From Candidatus Dojkabacteria bacterium (lineage in GTDB: Bacteria > Patescibacteriota > Dojkabacteria > JAFGLO01): a stretch of DNA of 64,000 nt. The stretch lies in assembly GCA_016927995.1 (NCBI GenBank), contig JAFGLO010000004.1:955-64954 (forward strand). The letters run 5' to 3'. Both the position numbers and the translations under genes were made by a program. Positions 56,300-64,000 of the stretch are shown here, piece by piece (within the stretch, counting starts at the first letter, position 1; every line of letters begins with the position of its first letter). Under the pieces are notes generated by a model. That model was not told where the DNA came from. It saw only the letters and a program-made list of their open reading frames with translations, and ran no database searches.

Positions 56300-59200
56300 T
56301 TGATGTTTACGCATTTGCATGTACATAGCGAATTTTCTTTGCTTGATGGGCTGTCCTCTCTTAATTCTATTGTGAAGCGAGTTGCCGAAGCCGGCATGAA
56401 ATCGGTTGCCTTAACCGATCATGGAGTTTTGTTTGGGGTTCACAAGTTTTATATGGCGGCAAAGGCTGCTGGAATTAAGCCCATAATTGGAGTGGAAGCG
56501 TATGTTGCCCAGCGCACTAGGTTTGATAAAGTTGCAAAGCTTGATAACGATCCTTACCACCTTATACTTTTGGCAAAAGATTCGGTAGGTTACAAAAACC
56601 TTGTAAAGCTTATATCGCTTGCCAACATTGAAGGCTTTTACTATAAGCCAAGAATTGACCGTGAGCTTATCGAAATTTATAAAGAAGGACTTATCGCCAC
56701 AAGCGGATGTTTGGCCGGTGAAATTCCCCAACTTATCCTTAATAAACAGTATGCAAAAGCAAAAGAGGTTGCACTTTGGTATCAGGGTGTTTTTGGTATG
56801 GGTAATTACTATCTTGAACTTCAGGCAAACCGCATGCTTGATCAAAAAAAGGTTAATTCAAAGCTTATAGAACTCTCAAGAGACACGGGAATTCCCCTGG
56901 TTGCTACAACTGATGCCCATTACCCTACGGCCGATAACGCATTTGCACAAGATGTACTTTTGGCAATTAACACAAAAAAGAAAATTTCTGACACTAACAG
57001 GTTAACAATGGCCGATACTCCCGACTTTTACCTTTGGAAAGAGGATGAGATGCGTGAGTATTTTAAAGATATTCCAGAGGCGCTTGAAAACACCGTTAGA
57101 GTAGCCGATATGTGTAATGTTGATCTTGATCCACACGATTGGGTGCTTCCAAACGCCTATGTTCCCGACGAGTATAAAGGTGATGCCGACAAGTATCTTC
57201 ACGATATTGTCTGGGCACGAGCCCCAAAAAAATTGGGTCGGGAAATGGAAGAGTCTGAAGAGGCTCGCCTAAAATACGAATACGATATTATTTCCCAAAA
57301 AGGTTTTTCAAAATACATGCTTATGGTTAGCGAATTTACCGACTGGATGAACGAAAGAAACCTGCCATTTACTACAAGAGGGTCTGCCGCAGGTAGCTTA
57401 GTTTCATTTGCACTTGGAATTGTAAACGCAAATCCACTCGATTTTAACCTTGCGTTCGAAAGATTTTTAAACCCGCTTAGGCCCAAAGCTCCCGATATCG
57501 ATCTTGATATACCAAGCAATAGGCGAGACGACCTTATAAAATATGCAATTAAAAAACACGGTTCCGAAAAAGTTGCCCATATTATTACCTTTGGACGAAT
57601 GCAGGCTCGTGGTTCGATTCGTGATGCAGGTAGAGTTTTGGACCTTCCTTTAGATTATGTCGACAGAATTGCAAAGCTTATTCCGCCTTCCGGGCAGGGG
57701 CTTGCAAAAGTTACTATTCAAAAAGCGCTTGATTCCGTGTCGGAGTTAGCACAACTAATTGATACCGATCCCGATGCAAGGCGACTAATCGATGTAGCAA
57801 AGCAAATTGAAGGCACCGCTCGAAACACAGGGATTCATGCTTGTGGAATTTTAGTTACACCTGGCCCAATAACTGACTATGTGCCCGTTGTTTTTGACAA
57901 AGATCTTGGCAGAATGGTCACCCAGTACGAGATGGATTCATTAGAAGAGCTAAAACTTATTAAGGTTGATTTTCTTGGGCTTACAAATCTTGAAACAATT
58001 ATCGAATCTGTAAAACTTACCAAACAAACATATAATAAAGACATTAATCTTGAGGAGCTTGATTTTAAAGATAAAAAAGTCTACGAGACTATTAATAAGC
58101 TCGATACTCTTGGCATCTTCCAGCTTGAAAGTGACGTAATGAAACAAACAATAAAAACCATACGTCCGGAAAATATATTTGACGTAGCCGCTGTTAATGC
58201 ACTTGTACGTCCTGGTCCTAACCAGTACCAACAGGAGTATGCCGACCGTAAATCGGGTAAAAAAGAAATTAAATATCTTGACCCTCGAATGGAGGATTTT
58301 CTTAAGCTTAGCTATGGTGTACTTGTGTATCAGGAAGATATTATTCGTGCGGTTATTCATTTGGCTGGAATGGACTGGGGTGAAGCCGATTCTGTGCGTA
58401 AGGCTACAGGTAAAAAGAAACCCGACATTTTGTTCGCAATGAAAGATGATCTTTTAAAACGTTTGGTTGATAATGGTATGGATAAAAAAACTGCTAACGA
58501 ACTTTTTGAACTTTTTATTCCATTTACAAACTATGCATTTAATCAGGCGCACGCTGCCGCCTATGCAATTATTATTTACTATACGGCCTGGCTTAAAACT
58601 TATTATCCTGTTGCTTTTATGGCGGCCCTTCTAAAAACCGAAATTGCAGACAAAGAAAAAGTTGCCAAAATTCTCGATGAGTGTTTTAGAAAGGGTATTA
58701 AAATATTACCGCCATCTATTAATGAAAGTAATGTAGACTACAAAATTGAAGGGGAAGATGCTATTCGTATTGGGCTTGGCACAATTAAGGGAATTAGTAA
58801 AAAAACACTTCGTTTAATAACAAAAAAACGCGACCAGGAACAAACAGTATTTGAATCGCTCGATCATCTTTTGTTTGAATCCAATCTTTTGACCGTTCCC
58901 ATAAAAACTTTTGAGCTTTTAATTATGGCTGGTGCGCTTGATGAGTTTGGCGATAGGCAGGGTCATCTCGAAATTCTTGATGCTCTTTACAAAAAATTTA
59001 AATCTGACCAGGAGCGCAAGAGTATTGGTCAAAATGGGCTTTTTGGTGGTAGTAAGGATACTAAAAAGATTATTCCTGCTAAAACATTGCTTCCTTCGTC
59101 TGTTGAGACAACCCCTGCGCAAAAAATCGCCTGGGAAAAAGAGCTTATTGGAATTTTTGTTTCAGACCATCCGCAAAAACGTACCACTGGGCTTAGGGTT

Positions 59201-59851
59201 AAATGTGGCATTACCGACGTTTCCAATTTATCTGTAGGCAAAGTTGGTAGGCCCGTTACCATTATGGGGTCTATTACTAATGTAAAGCGAATTTCCACTA
59301 AAAAAGGCGATCCAATGGCGTTTGTTAAACTTGAAGATTTGTCGGGCTCTATCGAAGTTGTTGTTTTTCCAAATGTTTACAAAAAATACAAAGAGATTCT
59401 CTCCGAAGATAAAATGGTTGCTATTAAGGGCAAAATTAACGAACGTAACGATGAGCTTAGTATTTTGGCCGATGCATTTAAAGAGATTTCAGAAGAGATG
59501 ATTAGTAAATACGAGAATAGTTGTCCATTGGAAGATAATTCAGATGGGGTAGCGACTTCCGAAGCCTCTAACAATACATCTTTCTCCCCCAATGATATCA
59601 AACCTAAGAATGGAAGTAGTAAGGATTCCTCGCGTGATAGTATTTCAGAAAAGCTGGTAAAAATATTTCTTCCCAAAGATGCTCCCAAGACCGAGCTACT
59701 TAAGCTTAAGGACCTTATTTCTGCTCATCCTGGAGAAGCTAAGCTTGTTTTAGAGCTTGATGACGGCAACGGCGGTAAAAAAATTCCTGTTAAACAGGGT
59801 GTTGCCGTGGGTGATTGGTTTAATAGTTATAGGGTTGAAATTATAGGGTGA
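56300..59851 (+). CDS. dnaE: DNA polymerase III alpha subunit
   Basis: HLHVHSEFSLLDG PHP domain, RGSAAGS, PDIDLD, FNQAHAAAY, OB fold. Confidence 0.97.
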   Translation: MMFTHLHVHSEFSLLDGLSSLNSIVKRVAEAGMKSVALTDHGVLFGVHKFYMAAKAAGIKPIIGVEAYVAQRTRFDKVAKLDNDPYHLILLAKDSVGYKNLVKLISLANIEGFYYKPRIDRELIEIYKEGLIATSGCLAGEIPQLILNKQYAKAKEVALWYQGVFGMGNYYLELQANRMLDQKKVNSKLIELSRDTGIPLVATTDAHYPTADNAFAQDVLLAINTKKKISDTNRLTMADTPDFYLWKEDEMREYFKDIPEALENTVRVADMCNVDLDPHDWVLPNAYVPDEYKGDADKYLHDIVWARAPKKLGREMEESEEARLKYEYDIISQKGFSKYMLMVSEFTDWMNERNLPFTTRGSAAGSLVSFALGIVNANPLDFNLAFERFLNPLRPKAPDIDLDIPSNRRDDLIKYAIKKHGSEKVAHIITFGRMQARGSIRDAGRVLDLPLDYVDRIAKLIPPSGQGLAKVTIQKALDSVSELAQLIDTDPDARRLIDVAKQIEGTARNTGIHACGILVTPGPITDYVPVVFDKDLGRMVTQYEMDSLEELKLIKVDFLGLTNLETIIESVKLTKQTYNKDINLEELDFKDKKVYETINKLDTLGIFQLESDVMKQTIKTIRPENIFDVAAVNALVRPGPNQYQQEYADRKSGKKEIKYLDPRMEDFLKLSYGVLVYQEDIIRAVIHLAGMDWGEADSVRKATGKKKPDILFAMKDDLLKRLVDNGMDKKTANELFELFIPFTNYAFNQAHAAAYAIIIYYTAWLKTYYPVAFMAALLKTEIADKEKVAKILDECFRKGIKILPPSINESNVDYKIEGEDAIRIGLGTIKGISKKTLRLITKKRDQEQTVFESLDHLLFESNLLTVPIKTFELLIMAGALDEFGDRQGHLEILDALYKKFKSDQERKSIGQNGLFGGSKDTKKIIPAKTLLPSSVETTPAQKIAWEKELIGIFVSDHPQKRTTGLRVKCGITDVSNLSVGKVGRPVTIMGSITNVKRISTKKGDPMAFVKLEDLSGSIEVVVFPNVYKKYKEILSEDKMVAIKGKINERNDELSILADAFKEISEEMISKYENSCPLEDNSDGVATSEASNNTSFSPNDIKPKNGSSKDSSRDSISEKLVKIFLPKDAPKTELLKLKDLISAHPGEAKLVLELDDGNGGKKIPVKQGVAVGDWFNSYRVEIIG

Positions 59852-60036
59852 TTGGGGAAAAGAAGTCTGTAGTTAGCAATAAGTTGTTACTGTCTAGCTA
59901 CATTTCGTGTGACTTTTTTGCGGTTTGTACCATCCAACGGTTGATTTTAGAGCCTAAATTGTGTTATAATTAGCTTACAGAATCGAGAAGAAGTTTCGAT
60001 AATTGTAGAAATTATTGAGTTGATCCATATAGAGAT

Positions 60037-61023
60037 ATGAGCATTATTAACCCTGGTACCCCACCTGATCCGAACGAAAGAGAGGGGCTTCCATCTTCGC
60101 TTAGCAATGCGATTTCTTGTGCAGCAGTTTATGTTTCAGCATTTTCACGTCCTCCGTTTTCGGAGATTTGGAAGGTTGCTGGGGTAGAACAGCCTGAGTT
60201 TTTACGTGACCCAAACAAAAACCGAGATCTCTTACTAGCGTTAGAATCCACTGGATGTTTGACCTCTGTGAGAACAAATGAAGCGGATGAACAGGTTATA
60301 TCTGTTCCTGCGGAAATAGTTAACAAACATATGGAATCGCTGGGAATTCAAGGATCGGTAGCCGATCAGATTGTTGAAATAACTTTACCGTATCCTGTAA
60401 CTGCTGTAATAAATTCTTACATTGATGCGATAGACGATCCACGTTCGGTAGTAGTACTTGCACACAGTAAAACGGCTAATGAACCCGCTGAATACACGCG
60501 CCTCGGTGGTTCTATCAAAATTCCCGACATTGATATATTACGTGGGGTTGGAAGGATAATTACCATAAATCATCCTAATGAAGTTGACAGACCGGCTAAG
60601 CGTGCCAGTGAAGTTGTTCTTTCAGAAATTAGACATTATCTTACTTCGGAACAAGCGGCAGAGCTAAAAGCCTACTTACAAGACGATTTTGTGACTTATC
60701 TTGCAGAAGTGGCAAAAGTTCCAGCAGATGACCCAAGTTTAAATCCGACCCAAGTAATGTTTGATACATACTTAAGAGCCATTGGTTTTTCATATCGTCT
60801 TTTAGCACCTAAACCACCTTTTCCTGATCAAGTCGTTTTTTTCACGTTAGAAGGAACAGAAGTTGCTCAGAGTAAAAGGTCGAATAAAAGTCTTGGGTCT
60901 ATAGTTCAATGGCTTTTGAATAAAATTTCAGGGTGTCGGTATGACAGTATACGACTAGCTTTTCCAAGAAATCCAGGACAGCCACAAGTTGTTGTGGAAA
61001 TATTAAATAAAATAAAAGAATAA
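60037..61023 (+). CDS. hypothetical protein
   Basis: 328-aa ORF; TAATG overlap with the decarboxylase gene. Confidence 0.65.
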   Translation: MSIINPGTPPDPNEREGLPSSLSNAISCAAVYVSAFSRPPFSEIWKVAGVEQPEFLRDPNKNRDLLLALESTGCLTSVRTNEADEQVISVPAEIVNKHMESLGIQGSVADQIVEITLPYPVTAVINSYIDAIDDPRSVVVLAHSKTANEPAEYTRLGGSIKIPDIDILRGVGRIITINHPNEVDRPAKRASEVVLSEIRHYLTSEQAAELKAYLQDDFVTYLAEVAKVPADDPSLNPTQVMFDTYLRAIGFSYRLLAPKPPFPDQVVFFTLEGTEVAQSKRSNKSLGSIVQWLLNKISGCRYDSIRLAFPRNPGQPQVVVEILNKIKE

Positions 61024-62168
61024 TGAAAAAAATTCTTAAAAACTTCTTAAAATCAGTAAAAGTGAGTGATATAACAACCCCACGTTTTATCTATTTTCCT
61101 ACCCAATTGGAGGATAATTTAGAAGTCCTAAAAGAGTTCGAAAAAAACGGGATCCAGGTTTTATACGCAATAAAAGCTAATAATTTTATTCCAGTTGTAG
61201 AGTCGATTATTAGGACGGGATTTGGTTTTGACGTTGCATCCGCAGCCGAGTTGAAATTAGTTCATGATCTTGGAGTAGACAAAGACAAGATATCTTTCTC
61301 GGCTCCTACCAAAAGAGAACGAGATTTGATATTTTCAAATCAAATTGGAGTTAAGAACTATGCCTTTGATTCTGAAATGGAGATAGATAAAATTCTTAGG
61401 TTTGTTGATAAACCTGTACTTTTTGCAAGAATTGGTACACCGAATAAGCTTTCTGCCTTTGATCTATCAAGTAAATTCGGAATGAGTGATGTATATTTTA
61501 AGTACATTGTTAGAAAGGCTAAAAAAAATAAGTGGCCAATTCAAGGAGTAACCTTTCATGTAGGTTCACAAAACACGGCGTTATCTTCGTGGAAAGATGC
61601 GCTAGACAAATTAAGTCCCCTATTGGAGTATGCGGATCACTTGGGTGTAAAGATTAAATATTTAAATCTGGGAGGTGGTATACCTGCTAAATATAATGGT
61701 GACGTAAAGCAGTTAATTCAATATGTTAGAGGGATTTGCAGGTATGTAAATAGATTTAGACTTAAATGCAGTATCGAAAAAGTTTTTGTTGAACCGGGTC
61801 GTTCGGTAGTAGCTAATACGATGGCTCTTCTTACCAAAGTCATAAATATTAAACCATATAAGCGTCCACCAATAGTGGTTGTCGATACTAGCGTTTTCCT
61901 TGGTCTTATCGAGGCACTTGAGCACTTTGAATATCCTGTGTATCATCGTTCTCAAGTTCTAGAACTTGAGAAAAATGGAAGTGGAAAGTTTTACAAAATT
62001 GCTGGGTTTACTTGTGACGGTTATGACATTATTGCAAAGCGAGTGCTACTGCCACGAAATGTGCAACTCGGTGATCTGCTTGTCATCTCTTGTGCAGGAG
62101 CATATACTTCAGTATATGAAAATTTTCATATGAATAAGTACCCTGACATAGAGATATATAGAAAATGA
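61023..62168 (+). CDS. type III PLP-dependent (ornithine/lysine/DAP) decarboxylase
   Basis: YAIKAN, FDVAS, SKFG, FHVGSQ, LNLGGG, EPGR, GFTCDGYD, GAYT. Confidence 0.9.
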   Translation: MKKILKNFLKSVKVSDITTPRFIYFPTQLEDNLEVLKEFEKNGIQVLYAIKANNFIPVVESIIRTGFGFDVASAAELKLVHDLGVDKDKISFSAPTKRERDLIFSNQIGVKNYAFDSEMEIDKILRFVDKPVLFARIGTPNKLSAFDLSSKFGMSDVYFKYIVRKAKKNKWPIQGVTFHVGSQNTALSSWKDALDKLSPLLEYADHLGVKIKYLNLGGGIPAKYNGDVKQLIQYVRGICRYVNRFRLKCSIEKVFVEPGRSVVANTMALLTKVINIKPYKRPPIVVVDTSVFLGLIEALEHFEYPVYHRSQVLELEKNGSGKFYKIAGFTCDGYDIIAKRVLLPRNVQLGDLLVISCAGAYTSVYENFHMNKYPDIEIYRK

Positions 62169-64000
62169 CGATCAACCTGTACATAATCTATTCATTTGTA
62201 GGACTTACACTTGTCTATAATATATATACGTTTGTCGTTTCGCACAAAAAACTTCCCCCAATTAATCGGTATATATATGGTTACTTGTTGTTATCTGTTG
62301 TATGTTGGTATGTAACGAATGCAGGAGCTGACCTGATTCCAGACATAAAAATTGCAAATCTCTTCGCAAAATATGCAATATTATTTCCTATTCATATCGT
62401 CAACGCACTATCACATGTTACAACAATTTTCCCCAGGACATATCTTGTTGGGAACAAGAAAAGGGACTTAACCAAAATAATTGACCTGATTGTAATTATC
62501 GGTACTGTTGCGGTACTTCCGTTTTTGAATACAGCTCACAATATCTCGGGCTTTAAATTGAATCCTGGAAGCCCTGCAGATTTCGAACCAGGTTTTCTAT
62601 ATATTTTAGTGATGGTCTTATCGGGTGTTTTTCTTTTTGTAGCTTTTCTAAGGTGGTTCTCAAGATATTCAACATATACTTCATTGCAAAAGAAACAAGT
62701 CCGGCTTATTGCCTCAAGTATAGCGATTTTGTTTGTTATTCTAACCATTGGACTTGGCGCTTTACCTGTTTTGGGTGTAACTCAATATGCTCCATTAGCC
62801 TTTATATCAATGAGTATACTTTTGCTGATCATAAGGGAAAACTTTTTAGTGAGTACACTCGTTATCGATACAGGAAGGTTATTAGGCAATTTGTTTTCAA
62901 TTTTAATCATCACTGTAATTGCTTCAGCAGAATTATATTTCATTCAGAAGTTCATTATTATTACTGATTTCGTTATTCTGACAATAATAATTGGTTCTAA
63001 TCTTGTTGTCTTTTATTATTCATACACCCGCCTTTTGTTGCCAATTTTTCTAAGTGATACAGAGCTGTCAAAAGATATATTTACGTTCATTGAGACGAGT
63101 ACTAGTTCACTTAGTTTAAAATCGATAATTAATTCATTTAAAAGTGTTGCACATAAGCTTGTCAAAAAAGAAAATGTTGAAATAGTTTTTGCGAAACAAA
63201 AAACAGATACCTTTGTTGATGTTAAAAAAATGTGGGACATGTTTGGTGAATATTTCATTACTACGCCAGAAGGTCTGTTGGAACGAATGGAAATTAATCA
63301 AGTTGACTCATTTAAGCCTTCTGTAAAAAGTGTATTTGGATTAATGACCAATCGAAAGATTGATGTTATCATGCCTTTAAACAAAAATGATGAACTTTTT
63401 GGGCTTGTCCTCTTGAAGGATTTGCAGATTGTTCTTACACCTCAAAATTTTGAATTATTGTCTCTATTACAACAAAATTTCTCAATTGCTGTATCCCGTG
63501 CTCTCTTGTATGAAGAAGTTCAGGAATTTAGTAAAACCCTTCAAAAGAAGGTAGATGCAGCTACGGTAGAGATTCGTGACAAAATGGAAAAAATGAAAGA
63601 AATGCGAAGACGTGAACGAGATATGCTCGATATCATGGGACATGAGCTAAGAACTCCACTTACCATAATAAAAAATGCATCAAGCATGATCGACTATTAC
63701 GAGACAAATAAGATGATAACGCTTGATCCAATAGTTAAGGAACAGTTTGTCAACATAAAGGAAGCAATGAACAGAGAAATAAACCTTGTGGAAACCATGC
63801 TCGCTGCAACCAAAATCGATGCCAACAAAATAGAGCTAAACCTTGAGGTGGTTAATCTAAATGAGATAATTCGCCAGACCAAACTAGCCTTTGATCATAC
63901 CGCCAAGGAAAAGGGCTTAAAACTAACCTTTAAATACGATAAGCGAAAGAATTGGCTTGTGGTAGGTGATAAACTTCGGGTTCAAGAAGTACTCGATAAT
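62165..64000 (+). CDS. membrane sensor histidine kinase (partial, runs off the window)
   Basis: Manual translation from the ATGA overlap: multi-TM N-terminus, SIAVSRALLY, RERDMLDIMGHELRTPLTII, GDKLRVQEVLDN. Confidence 0.9.
   Translation, partial: MTINLYIIYSFVGLTLVYNIYTFVVSHKKLPPINRYIYGYLLLSVVCWYVTNAGADLIPDIKIANLFAKYAILFPIHIVNALSHVTTIFPRTYLVGNKKRDLTKIIDLIVIIGTVAVLPFLNTAHNISGFKLNPGSPADFEPGFLYILVMVLSGVFLFVAFLRWFSRYSTYTSLQKKQVRLIASSIAILFVILTIGLGALPVLGVTQYAPLAFISMSILLLIIRENFLVSTLVIDTGRLLGNLFSILIITVIASAELYFIQKFIIITDFVILTIIIGSNLVVFYYSYTRLLLPIFLSDTELSKDIFTFIETSTSSLSLKSIINSFKSVAHKLVKKENVEIVFAKQKTDTFVDVKKMWDMFGEYFITTPEGLLERMEINQVDSFKPSVKSVFGLMTNRKIDVIMPLNKNDELFGLVLLKDLQIVLTPQNFELLSLLQQNFSIAVSRALLYEEVQEFSKTLQKKVDAATVEIRDKMEKMKEMRRRERDMLDIMGHELRTPLTIIKNASSMIDYYETNKMITLDPIVKEQFVNIKEAMNREINLVETMLAATKIDANKIELNLEVVNLNEIIRQTKLAFDHTAKEKGLKLTFKYDKRKNWLVVGDKLRVQEVLDN

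Noticed and set aside
1-64000. Alternative genetic code (UGA recoding)
   Set aside because: Conserved genes translate full length in code 11 and several end in TGA.

Overview
AT-rich chromosomal window from a bacterium that looks like a member of Patescibacteria/CPR. This is an inference from the archaeal/eukaryote-type TyrRS, the mostly SD-less AT-rich leaders and the many orphan membrane proteins. Core genes: obgE (partial), raiA/hpf, gpmI, prfB, ftsE-ftsX plus an M23 peptidase, nrdR-nrdG with two nrdD genes, lexA, mutL, tyrS, dnaE, tRNA-Ser(GGA) and tRNA-Asn(GTT). Also present are envelope genes (three LiaF/DUF5668-like genes, an MBOAT+SGNH pair, NagZ) and large surface proteins. I saw no transposase, integrase, prophage or CRISPR array. 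Best leads: (1) two tandem, reciprocally incomplete class III ribonucleotide reductases. One has an ATP cone but a degenerate glycyl-radical loop, and the other has a canonical loop but no ATP cone, suggesting a heterodimeric enzyme. (2) A palindrome, GGTGTAA-N6-TTACACC, sits over the -10 box of both lexA and a DNA-repair radical SAM gene and is a candidate SOS box. (3) mutL is split by one extra A in an A8 tract. (4) Two unrelated glycan-active surface proteins share an N-terminal VLG motif and a C-terminal K-D-x-D-W-S tail. (5) Two paralogous membrane histidine kinases are each coupled to a small-molecule enzyme. (6) A paralogous pair of glycine-zipper membrane proteins. (7) A circularly permuted M23 domain. 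(8) Several long structured intergenic RNA candidates.
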